A DNA stretch of 64,000 nucleotides from Vicugna vicugna (taxonomy: Eukaryota): assembly GCA_013265495.1 (NCBI GenBank), contig MU057640.1, positions 2,195,405 to 2,259,404 on the forward strand. Direction: 5' to 3'. The notes under the pieces are model-generated. The model saw only the letters and a program-made list of their open reading frames with translations, was not told where the DNA came from and made no database searches. Position 1 is the first letter of the stretch, and each line of letters begins with the position of its first letter. Made by a program: the position numbers and the translations under genes. This document shows positions 12,671 to 25,200 of the stretch, in pieces.

Positions 12671-15223
12671 AATTTTCAATATACTTTTCCTTGTGCCATT
12701 CTGTTGTGTGGTGGTGAACTGTGGGCAGTGAAGTGGGAATAGTGGAGCTAGACTGTGAAATGCCATGCTAAAGAATTTGAACCTTATTCTTTTAGACAGT
12801 AGGTATGCACTGCCATTCTTTAAGTAAGAAGTGACATAGTTAAATTTGTGTTTGCATAGAGTAGGATGACACATGTTCAGCTCTCACTTAAAAATGCACA
12901 AGCAGCATTTTTAGGCTGAATAGGATTGAGAGAAGATCTGGAGACAGGAATCCCTGTAAGGGGCTTGTTGACCAGGCGACACTTGGAAAAAGATTAAGTA
13001 CATATTGGCAATGGGGACAGAGAAGAGGAAATGCCGTTGACTAGACTACATCCTCTCTAGGACAGCACTCGTTTTTCTACAGGTGATTTCCAATCTGTAG
13101 TATCAGCCCTGGCGTCTCACAAGCTTTTAATATCTGTCTTTACTAGGTATTTTCAGTTTGAGGCAGCATAGTGTAGAGAAGTGCAGGCCTTGGAGCTGGG
13201 CTGCCTGGATTCAGATCTTAGCTCTACCATTTAATGGCTCTGTGGTCTTGTGTTTCAGGTTCTTCTTCTATAAAATAGTCATAATAATAGCACCAGCCTC
13301 AAGTTACTGGGTACAAAGTTCATGTTCAAAACTGGTAAATGCTATCCTGTGTTTGTTTCACAGGTCATACTTGCCTTTGGCTAGTTTGTTAAATGAGAAA
13401 AATATGACATAGCACTGCTGCTCAAGAAACAGCTTGCTGAAGCAAACTGTAGGGAGAATTTACTCAACAGTTACTTGGAGCAGATGCCATTTATAATTTC
13501 TTCTAATTCTAAAGTCTGATTCCATATTTAAACTCTGCATATCCAAGCCAAATTCATTATAATTTCTTCCCTAAATGATCTATTGCTTCTTAAGTTCTCT
13601 GACTTTATAAACAATCATTCAGGAAATTATCTCTTTTTTTCCTTTAAAAAGTTTTCTTTTGTCCTTATCTTCCCATACATTGCCATTGCCTTCCACTAGG
13701 TCCTCATCACTTCATGCCCATATCTGTTGATTCTCTATAATTGTGGGTAGGTAGGATCTATAATTATACATATATTTGCTTCTGCAGATTGTTCCTCTAC
13801 CTATGCTGAAATGATCTGTAATATTATAAGTTTATTGCCAATAACTTATTATGACACCATGTAGACATAGTTTCTACTGTGTAAGTGAGAAACTCACCTA
13901 AAATTGTTCTTCTACAAATGCTTTTATATAATTGTTCCAAAGGAAATAAAAAAAGAAATGTGTAAGAAAGTTGCTTTCAACAAAATTACTTTAATAACTG
14001 GCTGTAGTGTTTAAAGCTGAAAATAATAATTATCATTAGTTGCTTTTCATTAGAAAATCTGTCTTTTTCTGAAAATGTTTTCTCCTGGCCTGTTAGATAT
14101 TTGATTGTGGCATAATCCATTTATGATGAGCCATCTTCTAGGTCTGTACTGATTATCTGGTCATTAACATGCTTCATCCATTTGTTTCTTCCTTTGTAAT
14201 AACAGCATGTCCTACCTTCCTACAGTTACTCTTTCAGTTTGATTCATTTCGCTCAGAACTACTTGTCACCTTGGATTAGTTCTTACTTCTTCACAGGTGC
14301 TGGAAATAATTACAGTTTAGGAGAGGTTGAAGTTTTCAGTTCTTCCTCCTTCAACCAGTGTTATATAGGCATTTTGATGTTCACCAAAGGAATTTAGTAC
14401 TGTCAGTGCTATGAAACATCATTTCAGCCAGTACTCAATAAAAGCTCATTAATAAAAGCTATCTCACTGTACTTACCATGTCTTTTTTTTTCCCATTTTG
14501 AAAAATTTAAGATTTAATTTCCCTTTAAAATATGAAACTCTATGGCTATAATTAAGGGCATTCTGCTTTTTATTTGCCCCTTTTACATCATTTTTATCTC
14601 ATCTATAATAACTTTCTAACTTGTTTCTTTCTTCTTAATTGGAAAATCTCAGACTGGTGGCTGTGGATGTGTTTTCTTGGGCATGCATATTGTTTGAAAA
14701 TTTTTTCAGTTAGTTGCCAACATATAAAAGCTTAGGATTTCCAATTTTTTGTAAGACGTCTCTAGATTTCAAACCCTATAACTTCTTTACCTAATTGAAT
14801 TATTCTTTAAACATATAATGTATTTTTCTATTTCCCTGCCTTTGTATGTGCATTCTTCTGCTTGGAATTACTTTGCCTCTCTTTTCTCCAAGGTGAGTCT
14901 CTATTTATTCTTTAACGTAGTGCTAAAACCCACCTCCTCCTCACCCCATGAAAAATCGTTCCTGTTCCTTCAGCTAAGGTGTTCTTCTCCCTCCACTGTG
15001 CTCTCATAACACATTTCTGCATACCTTTATTATAGTTCTTACGCTGTGTTGTCATTGCTTTCTTGCATACTTACTCTTTTGTTAGACCATGAGGGTATGT
15101 AGGTTAAGATCTATGTCATCCTTATTTTCACAGTGTCTCCTACATTAGATGCATAATAAATGTTTGTTGGATTGGATTTTTTTCTCTTTTCTCACCCTTT
15201 GTCATTTTGTTTCTTTTTTATAG

Positions 15224-15383
15224 ATAATCTGCTGGGAATCTCTTGGGTTGACAGTTCTTGGATCCCTATTTTGAATAGTGGAAGTGTCCTGGATTACTTT
15301 TCAGAAAGAAGTAATCCTTTCTATGACAGGACATGTAATAATGAAGTGGTCAAAATGCAGAGGCTAACATTAGAACACTTAAA
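15224..15383 (+). CDS. MED6: MED6 coding exon 2 ([15 protein letters not shown]...RLTLEHLN)
   Basis: Polypyrimidine tract + tag acceptor, AA|gtaagt donor; 160 nt, frame continuous with exons 1 and 3. Confidence 0.98.
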
Positions 15384-16040
15384 GTAAGTTATTGTGAGAA
15401 GGCAGCATTTGCCAACTAGAGATTTACAATGAATAGTTCTTTCAAGCTGTGGATTGTGAAGTACAGAGAAGTAGTTTTGGAAGAACTGGAATTTTGTTTG
15501 CGTTTGTACAAATTTGACATGCAAAAGAATTATTAGTCACTTGTAACCTGGGAAGTCTTTTCTTTGTAACTTTATATATTACTGTCTAATTGAAATATAA
15601 CTGTGAGGTTTAGATGTAGATCTGATGAATGATTTAGGCAATGCATCTGTTATCCTCAGTCAGGGAAGTATGCTTATTACCTCCTCTACATCTAATTTAA
15701 TGTCAAGCCACCGTTGAATTTATAGTAGATTTTTCTTTGTATGACAAATAAAACTTCAGCCAAACAGATGCAAGGCAAGATTCTTCAGGCTTAGGATGCT
15801 GAGTAATTAGGATTTTATTACTGTTACAAAAGTTCTGGAAACAACTGTGTAGTAGTTTTTCATCCATCAGCTAAATATGATAGGCAGGAGGGTGGTTTCC
15901 AGGAAATTAAATTTCTGGTATTTTAAACCACTTTTTTAATGAGGTAAATATTTACATTTACTGAGATACCTTGATTGTGCTTTTAAACATAATATGTCAT
16001 AAACATAATAAAACTGTTGGTGATGAAGATAAGGTTTTTG

Positions 16041-16165
16041 TTTTTGTTTTGGGGGGAGAGGTAATTAGGTTTATTTATTTTTTAATAGAGGTACTGGGGA
16101 TTGAACCCAGGACCTCATGCATGCTAGGCAGGCAGTCTACCACTGAGCTATACCCTCTCACCAAG
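16041..16165 (-). mobile_element. tRNA-derived SINE (camelid vic-1-like)
   Basis: Minus strand: A box tatagctcagtggtag, B box ggttcaatccc, A-rich tail; TSD gataag(g/a)tttttg at 16028-16040 / 16166-16178. Confidence 0.85.
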
Positions 16166-16575
16166 GATAAGATTTTTGATGTTTTCTAGTTGTGTAGAAT
16201 ATATACTTGACATATATAGTTAAGACAGGTATAGTCTTCCTGTATATTTTTAAATTTTGTGTATATTTATAGATCTCCTTGGTCAGGAAGCATCATGGTA
16301 TTTTGGTTGCTTTTTTTATACGCTCTTCAGTGTATTTTCAGTCATGAATTTTTGTAGGCATTTTGTTGTTTAAAAACCAAATCTTGCTTTATCTGTGCTC
16401 CACCTGTCTGGGAAAATAGCCAGTTTTATTGAACAGTCAATTTTTAAATATCAAACATAGGCAGTTTTATCCTATTTACAGTGTCGTTATACTTTTGTAT
16501 AATAGTTTGAATATTCTACAGAATTGTGTGGAGGGCATTCATAGCTCTCTGAACGTGTCTGTGTTCTGGTTTCAG

Positions 16576-16667
16576 TCAGATGGTTGGAGTGGAGTACATC
16601 CTTTTACATGCCCAAGAGCCCATTCTTTTTATCATTCGAAAGCAACAGCGGCAGTCCCCTACTCAAG
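16576..16667 (+). CDS. MED6: MED6 coding exon 3 ([30 protein letters not shown])
   Basis: ttcag acceptor, G|gtaaaa donor; 92 nt. Confidence 0.98.
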
Positions 16668-17539
16668 GTAAAATATGTGAACTTCAGGCATTAGTTTCTT
16701 CTTAAAATACCATAATTTATTTCCTTCCTGAGCTGTATGTTCTTATTTTTTTGGATTGGGTTCTGTTTTAGGGATCTGTAGTAATCCCTGTGTAAGTTTC
16801 TTATGCTTTCCCTTCTGCAAGGACCACACCAAGTGCACCCTCCCTCCAGCAGTGAAATGCAGCCTCACATGCATAATATATCTGTTCAGGGAAGACCATT
16901 TTAGGCTCTGAGTCCAGAATTTTTATTGAGAGCTAATGATGTAGACATCTTCTGCCTGCCAAAATTCTGGACTCTCAGAGGGCAATCAGGTTTAATCCAT
17001 GGTAGATGCAGTTGCACCGGAGTCATAAAAGATCAATTGAAAATCCTCGTTGACACATTCAACCAGAAGACTTACTTGGGTTATATTACTGAACAAAAAC
17101 TTGTTTTTGAAATTATACTGAAGAGTATAGAATTCAGATCTGATTCTGAATCAAAGAGCTAGTCAGCTGCTCCAGAGATGACCAGCTACATCTCCTAAAT
17201 TAGGTATTCTTATCAAGACATTTGAGAACAACCTTCACCCTGAGTATTGATTCCAGAGAATGACTTGCTAATGAAGTTGTGGTTCCAGAGTCAAGAATCC
17301 AAATTTAGTTTCAAAATCAAAGATCTAGAGTCCCTGCGCAGAGAAAAAGAGAACCTTAGAACAAAGGCAAGGCCAGGGGCAAGGTTTGCATAATGAAAGG
17401 GTTCTGGGTACAGAAGCCACACAAGGTGAACTAGGCTCACTAACAGGTCTTTTATTCCTTAGGACCTCACACTGGGCACAGAGGCAAGTTCAGTGCCTCT
17501 GATATCTTCATCCAGGCCCTAAATCTGTCTTACTCTAAG

Positions 17540-17880
17540 GCCTTATTCCCCAAAGTGTGGCTGACTGACAGCAGCACTGGATCACTTAGGAACTTGTTAG
17601 GAATACAGTATCCCTACTGAGTAAGAATCTGATTTTAACAAGATACTCAGATGATTCAGATGCACGTTAAAGTTTGAGAAGTACTGCTCATAGGGCAAAA
17701 GCTGGCACACTTTTTCTGTGAAGGTTCAGAAACTCAATATTTTAGGCTTTGTGGGCCTCCTGGTCTCGGAGACAACTACTCAGCTAGCGCCATAGCAGCC
17801 TTAGATAATAACATGAATGAATGGATGTGGCTGTTTTCCTATATGATTTTGTTTACAAAAGCAGAAATTGCCAAACCCTA
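17540..17880. mobile_element. Adjacent MER5A-like and MER58A-like hAT elements
   Basis: ttttaacaagatactcagatgattcagatgcacgttaaagtttgagaag, then aatattttaggctttgtgggcc...atgaatggatgtggctgttttcc. Confidence 0.65.
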
Positions 17881-17981
17881 CATTAAGCTTTTATATGGGT
17901 CAAATTTTAATTGTTCTTTTTATGGAGTTATGTTTAGCAGTTTTTGCATGCCGTATTCATAATTTTTTCTCCACTGTTTAG

Positions 17982-18064
17982 TTATCCCACTGGCTGATTA
18001 CTATATCATTGCTGGAGTGATCTATCAGGCACCAGACTTGGGATCAGTTATAAATTCTAGAGTG
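17982..18064 (+). CDS. MED6: MED6 coding exon 4 ([28 protein letters not shown])
   Basis: tttag acceptor, GTG|gtaagt donor; 83 nt. Confidence 0.98.
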
Positions 18065-18368
18065 GTAAGTGTCTTTACATTCTTTAAACATGAAGGAAAA
18101 CTTTTAATTGAACTACTTGGTTTCCAAGAATTAAGCAGGAACTCCTCTCCTTTGTGTAAGTTGATGTAAAGTGTTGACTATTAGAATGTCTTGAGTATTG
18201 GTTACTGTGGGCCAGCTCTGTGTTCAAAGTATATACCACAGCCCCAGCTAAACAGTGATTCAGGTTCTGAAAAACAGAAAAATTACTGTCTTTGAATATG
18301 TGATATTTTTTGTTTACTTTGGAAATTTTGGTCATATGAGAAATTCAGAATTTGTTTCTTTTTATAAG

Positions 18369-18477
18369 CTTACTGCAGTACATGGCATTCAGTCAGCTTT
18401 TGATGAAGCTATGTCATATTGTCGATATCATCCTTCCAAAGGGTATTGGTGGCACTTCAAAGATCATGAAGAGCAAG
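18369..18477 (+). CDS. MED6: MED6 coding exon 5 ([36 protein letters not shown])
   Basis: ataag acceptor, G|gtaggt donor; 109 nt. Confidence 0.98.
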
Positions 18478-19888
18478 GTAGGTAGGACACCCAGACCCTC
18501 CTAAAACATTTTTTGTTACTCTGAGAATGAAGGTGTTTTCTTTTGGAAAATGGCTATTGATGATTTCTAGATGTGTTTTACTTCTCGATGGATAAACTTC
18601 ATAGGATGGTGACATTGTCAGAGCTATGATTCATATAACTAGATACGGTAATAGTAGCTTAGTACTATTAATAGTACTATTAATAGCCATAGAAACATAC
18701 AAATTTTAATCTCTTTAGTAAGTGATAATCTTTGACAAGTTGATTCAAAGTTTTTAAATATTTCAAATATATAGGGGAAATCAGTGATGAGGAATAAGTA
18801 ATGGTGATATTTCCTGCTTACCTAACTATTGAGTCATCTTGCAATCCAGAACCCAAATCTCCCGAAGCTTCCAGGTCGGGGAGATGCTCTTAAGGCCCCG
18901 TCTCCAGATGACCAGTCTGTTTTCTGATCTTTCCATGTTAATGCCTATCGTGATGCCAGGTCCTCTAGTTTTCATTGTTGCTAATCCACTACTTGTTCTG
19001 CACCATATTTTACCAACAGAAGTACTTCTAGAAATGTGTCTATAGCAGTATACCTATATTCTGCATTTCTTTCTAGAGAAATAGCAACTTAGAATGAATT
19101 GCTATGGAAAGGTAACCTTTAAATAAAATTGAGACCTGTGGAATGAATGGTCTTTGAGATACAGTTATATTTATTCTTTATGGTAGGTGCTGGTGACAAC
19201 ATTTGACTTAGGAATGTTTGCATCGGTTGAATAAACATCTCCTAAGAGATCTTTGCCCCTACCCTAATAAAGTGTTTGAAGTAAAACTTAACTGGAACCC
19301 TTCCTTCAGTGACGATTCACCAGTATACTCCCCTCCCAGGGAAAATTTCACACATGATAAACTTCAGAATTTCTCTTGCAAGTTCTTTTCTTTATTATCT
19401 TCAAGATCTTCTGTTGTTTGATTTGTCCTTTTTCAGTGAATTATAGTCTTCATAATTGAGTATGGTAACTTGAGTTTGTGAAAGTTGCATTTTCCATTTG
19501 TACCTATTAGGTTTGTGGGAAAAGATTGTTTAATACATTTAAAATATGCACAAGATAATGTCAAACCAGTAACCTAGATTGTAGCTTAGGTAATTATGGG
19601 AAAACTTTAGCCTTAAAATTCTTTTGTTTACCCATGTTTACATGGTAAAACTGAAATGTCTTTAAAAGATATATCAGCTTTTTAGAAGTTAGAATTTTAA
19701 CTCCATTTCAGAGGAGTTAAAACACTTTTGTGTATGTGCTATGTTTAACATGTTCAGGGGATTATTTTTGGAATAGCAAGCATTAAAAATAATGAAGTTA
19801 GAATATATTCATGGCAGAAAAAGATTGTAGAATATAAGGCACCAAACTACTTAGGCAGTGTTTTGATTTGGACTTCATATTTTAATAG

Positions 19889-20004
19889 ATAAAGTCAAAC
19901 CTAAAGTCAAAAGGAAAGAAGAACCAAGCTCTATTTTCCAGAGACAACGTGTGGATGCTTTACTCCTAGACCTTCGACAAAAATTTCCACCCAAATTTGT
20001 GCAG
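19889..20004 (+). CDS. MED6: MED6 coding exon 6 ([39 protein letters not shown])
   Basis: aatag acceptor, CAG|gtaatg donor; 116 nt. Confidence 0.98.
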
Positions 20005-21029
20005 GTAATGAGAATACATGTGGCTAATTTTGATTTGACACTTTTCCCTGGCACATTTATTTTTAATTGAGAACTGTTTCAGATGTGACCTAAAAGTATT
20101 GATTTTCGTCATTAGTTAAAAAATGATCTCTGAATCAACGGGAAGTTTTTCAGAGACTTAATGGAAGAAGTGGGCAAAGGGAATGGAATTAGTACTGTTT
20201 TGTGCTCCTAAGTTTAATTCCTCATTGAATCTTTACGAACTATGAGGAATGCATATAGATAATTCTCATTCAAAAGGTTGCTGAAAAGTGTTGTAAATGG
20301 TAACAAAACTAGAATTTGAAATGCATGCTGTTTTTACTCTATGTACTGCCTTCCAGCCTGATATAGTGCATATTTAAGTCCTTAAATGATAAACTAGTTA
20401 AAACTTTTGTAACAAAAAGAACACTTGATGTGGAGGGTTTGGCATGATAGATGGAGGAGGCAGGCATAATAAAAAAATATTCTTATATCATACTGGTGTC
20501 TAAGTTATATGAATTTTACTGTTATTTTGGGTATTCCAACAGCAATAGTAAATGCATCTACTAAATTCTATTAAATGAGCTTTTGATTGAAGTAGGTGTG
20601 AGATGGAGTATGTGGGAATGCTGTTCTTGTGGTTAGTCTCAGTTCTTGTTTACCTTTATAGGGCTGTGTACACACAAGGTCATAGATACTGTTTTTCTTG
20701 TGGGGATTTTATTTAAGAGATTTTAAAGGATACTTTTAGATTAAATAAGATTTTTCACACCATGAGGTGATGTACTGTTGGAATGGTGATGTGGCAGTGA
20801 AGGGAGCAGAGGCCACAGCTGGAAATTAGGACAGAAGAGCCAGTTTAGAGAAATCTCATGAATTACACTTGGAAGATGAAACAGTGTCTGTTGAATAAAT
20901 AAATAAATGAATAATAGCTGTGTGTAGGGTGATAAGTAGCCACTACACAGTATAAGGGGTTAGGGTGGTTGACCATTCATTCAGTGAGGACATAGTATAT
21001 ACTAGGGAGGTTGGGAACAGAACAGTTAG

Positions 21030-21330
21030 ACCTGCATAGTACAGTAACCACTAGGCACATGTGACTGTTATGCATTTGAAACATAGCTAGTCCATACTGA
21101 GTTGTGATATGTGTGAAATACATACTGGGTTTAAAGACTTAGTACAAAAAAAAGTAAAATATCTCATTAATAACTTTAAACGTTAATTATGTGTCAAAAT
21201 GATAGTATTTTAGATACATTTGGTTAAAAATAATAAAACTCATCTATTTCTTTCTGAAAATGTAACTACTGGAAAATTTAAAATTATATATATAGCTTGC
21301 ATTTGTGGCTCACATTATATTTTGGATAGT
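21030..21330. mobile_element. MER33-like hAT DNA transposon
   Basis: ccactaggcacatgtgactgtt...aaagacttagtacaaaaaaaagtaaaatatctcatt...ggctcacattata. Confidence 0.7.
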
Positions 21331-21414
21331 TCAGATCTAGAAAATGGGAATGGAACATGTAATACCAGAAACATGAAAGATTATTAATGACCATATACTC
21401 AGAAACCAAGAAAA

Positions 21415-22930
21415 TCCCTTAGTTTTTCTTCTTTTTCTAGAATCCTGATGTGTAAAGTTAGATTGTTTGAGATCCTTCCTCCTTTTTAATATAGGAATTT
21501 ATTGCTATAAACGCCCCTCTTAGTACTTATTTTGCTGCATCCCATAAATCTTGGTATCTTGTGTTTTCATTTTCATTTCTCTCCACAAAATTTCTGATTT
21601 CCCTTTTGATTTCTTCTTCGGCCCGTTGGTTGTTCAGGAGTGTGCTGTTTAATTTCCACATATAAGTTAGCAGAAGCAGAGAAATTACAAAGATCAGAGT
21701 AAAAATAAATGAAATAGAGACAAAAAACAACAGAAAAAAACCAATGAAACTAAGAGTTGATGTTTTGAAAAGATAAACAAAATTGACAAACTTTTAGCTA
21801 GACTAACAAAGAAAAAGAGAGAAGACTCAAATAAGTACAATTAGAAATGAAAGAGGAGACATTACAACTGATGCCACAGAGCTAAAATGATCATAAGAAA
21901 CTACTGTAAACAATTTATATGCCACAAATTGGATAATCTATAAGAAGTTCCTAGGAACATACAACCTACCAAGACTGAATCATGAAGAAACAGAAAATCT
22001 GAACAGACCAATAATGAGGAAGGATATTGAATCAGTAATCACAAACCTCCCATCAAAGAAAAGTCCAGGAACAGATGACTTCACAGGTGAATTCTACCAA
22101 ACATTTAAGGAGAATTAATACCAGTCCTTCTCAAAATCTTCCAAAAAACTGAAGAGGAGGGAACACTTCCAAATTCATTTTATGAGGCCAACATTACTTT
22201 GATATCAAAGACAAGGACTCTACAAGACAAGAAAACTATAGTCCAATATCTCTAATGAATATAGATGTAAAAATCCCCAGTGAAATACTGGCAAATTGAA
22301 TATAATAACCCATTAAGAGGATCATACATCATGATAAAGTGGAATTTATCCCTGGAATGCAGAGATGGTTCAACATACTAAAATCAATTTGTATGATACA
22401 CTGCATTATCAGGATGAAGGATAAAAATTACATGATCATTTCAGTAGATGCAGAAAAAAAGCATTTGGGAAAAGTCAACATCCTTTTATGATAAAAACAC
22501 ACAACAAACTAGGTATAAAAGGAATGTACCTCAACATAATAAGAGCAATCTATAACCCTACAGCTGTCATCGTATTCAGTGGTGAAGGACAAAGCTTTTT
22601 CTTTAAGATCAGGTACAAGACAAGGATACCCACTCTCCATACTTCTATTCACCATAGTACTGGAAGGCAAGAAGAAGAAAGAAAAGGCATCCAAATGGGA
22701 AAAGAAGTAAAATTGTCTGTTTGCAGATGATATGATCTTATACATAGCAAAGCTTAAAGACTCCGTTAAAAAACTGTTAGAACTAATGCACAAATACAGT
22801 AAAGTTGTAGGATACAAAATCGACACTCAGAAATTGGTTGCCTTTCTATATACTAACAACAAACTGTCAGTAAAGGATATCAAGAAATATCCCACTTATA
22901 ATAGCATCAAAAAATACTTGGGATAAACGT
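21415..22930 (+). mobile_element. L1 ORF2 fragment with inverted 5' segment (21415-21660 minus, 21661-22930 plus)
   Basis: The minus part encodes MWKLNSTLLNN...YQDLWDAAK; the plus part continues KVSRSREITKIRVKINEIE through the RT region (DDMILY, KYLGIN). Confidence 0.85.
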
Positions 22931-24512
22931 TTTGTTTTCAGCTTTATTGAGATATAATTGGTGTATAACATTGTGTAAGTTTAAGGTGTATAACCTGTTG
23001 GTTTGATACACTTATATATGGCAAAATGATTACCACCATAGCATTAGCTGACACCTCCATTGTGTCTAATAATTGCTATTTATTTTTTATGGTGAGATCA
23101 TTTAAGATTTACTCTCTTAGCAACTCTAAAATATATAATACAGTATTATTAACTGTAATCACCATGCTGTACATTAGATTTCCAGAATTTGCTTCATCTA
23201 ATAACTGAAAGTATACCCTTTGACTAGCATCTCCCTGTTCCCCCACCCCCTGCCACTGTTAAGTACCACTCCATTCTCTGTATGAGTTTGAATGTTTTAG
23301 ATTCTGCATAAGTGATGTGATATATAGTATTTTCCTTTCTCTGTCTAACTTATTTCACTTAGCATAATGCCCTCAAGTTTCATCCACTTTCCCACAAATG
23401 ACAGGATTTCCTTCTTTCTCATGGCTAAATAGTATTACTGTATGTATGTATATCACATGTCTCACACACACACACACAGACACACACACCCCCACACCCT
23501 TTATCCATTCTTCTGTTGACAGATACATAGGTTGTTTCCATATCTTGGCTATTGTGAATAATGTTACAGTGAACATGGGAATGTAGGTATCTGTTTGAGA
23601 CTCTGTTTTCATTTCCTTTAAATATATACTCAGAAGTGGGATTGCTGGATCATATGATATTTCTGTTTTTAATTTATTGAGGAAACTCCATACTCTTTTC
23701 CATAGTGGCTGCACCAAGTTATATTGCTACCAACAGTGCACAAGTGTTCCCTTATTTCATTTTCCTTGCCAACATTTGTTATTTATTGTCTTTTTGATAG
23801 TAACCAATAATAACAGGTATGAGGTGATACCTCATTGTGGTTTTGATTTACATTCCCCTGATGATTAATGATGTTGAGCACCTTTTCATGTACCTGTTGG
23901 CCATTGACTGTCTTTAGGGAAATATGTATTCAGATCCTCTGTCCATTTTTTAACTGAATTTTTGGTTTTTTGTTGTTGTAGAGTTGTATGAGTTCTTTAT
24001 ATATTATGGATATTAACTTATCAGATATGTGATTTGCAAGTATTTTCATCCATTTGTTTGATGATTTTCTTTGCATGCAGAAGCTTTTTGGTTTGACATA
24101 GTCCTACGTGTTTATTTTTGCTTTTGGTGCATTTGATTTTGGTGTCAAACCCCAAAAATCATCACCAAGATTGATGTCAAGGAGCTTACTGCCTGTGTTT
24201 TCTTCTAGGAGTTTTATGGTTTCAGGTCTTACATTCAAACCTTTAATCTATTTTGAGTTAATTTTTGTGTATGGTATAGGATAGTCCAGTTTCATTCTTC
24301 TACAGGTGGCTTTTCAGTTCTCTCAACACCGTTTATTGAAGAGGCTCTCCTTTCTCCATTGTATATTCTTGGCCCTTTATTATAAACTAATTGATCATAT
24401 ATGTATGGGTTTATTTCTGGGCTCTCTATTCTTTTCCATTGCTCTATGTCTGTTTTTATGCCAATACCACACTGTTTTTGTTACTGTGGCTTTGTAATAT
24501 AGTTTGAAATCT
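22931..24512 (-). mobile_element. 5'-truncated L1 (ORF2 C-terminus + 3'UTR) nested in another L1
   Basis: Minus-strand ORF 23373-23717 gives VQPLWKRVWSFL...YDPAIPLL...LFTIAKIWKQP; 3' end gctttattgagatataattg. Confidence 0.85.
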
Positions 24513-24519
24513 GAGCTCT

Positions 24520-24984
24520 CTGTATTCCCACATTTATTGAATCATTATTCACAATAGCCAAGGTATGAAAACAGCCCTAATATCCATCAACAGATGAATG
24601 GGTAAAGAACTGGTGTATATATAAATAGTTGAATATTATTCAGCCTTAAACAAGAAGGAAATTGTACCATTTGTGGTATCATGGATGAGCCTGGAAGATA
24701 CTGTGGTGATTGAGGTAAGTCAGTCACAAAAGGATGAATACTGTGTGATTCCACTTATATGAGGTATCTAAATATCAAATTTATAGATGGAGAAAATATT
24801 ATAGTGGATGCCTGAGGATGGAGGAAGAGGGGAAATAAGGAGTTGTTCAATGGATATAAAGTTACAGTTACATAAGGTGAATAAATTCTGGAGATCTGCT
24901 ATATGGCATACTGCCTATAGTTAACAATGTGGTGCTGTGCACTTAAACTTGATAAGAGGGTAGATTTCATGTTGAGTGTTTTTA

Positions 24985-25016
<32 letters not shown>

Positions 25017-25200
25017 CCAGACTAAAGGAACAAAAGGAATCTTTTGGAGGTGGTGGATATATTTATTACCTTGATTGTGGTGGTGGTATCATGGGTGTAT
25101 GTATATGCCCAGGCTCATCAAATTATATATATAAAATACGTGTGGTTTTTTGAATATCAGTTATACTTCAGTATACCTGTAAAAAAGGAAGAAAAAAAAC
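24520..25200 (+). mobile_element. L1 3' end with internal (CA)n and A-rich tail
   Basis: ttattcacaatagccaag...atccatcaacagatgaatgg...ggagatctgctatat...cagttatacttcagta. Confidence 0.8.
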
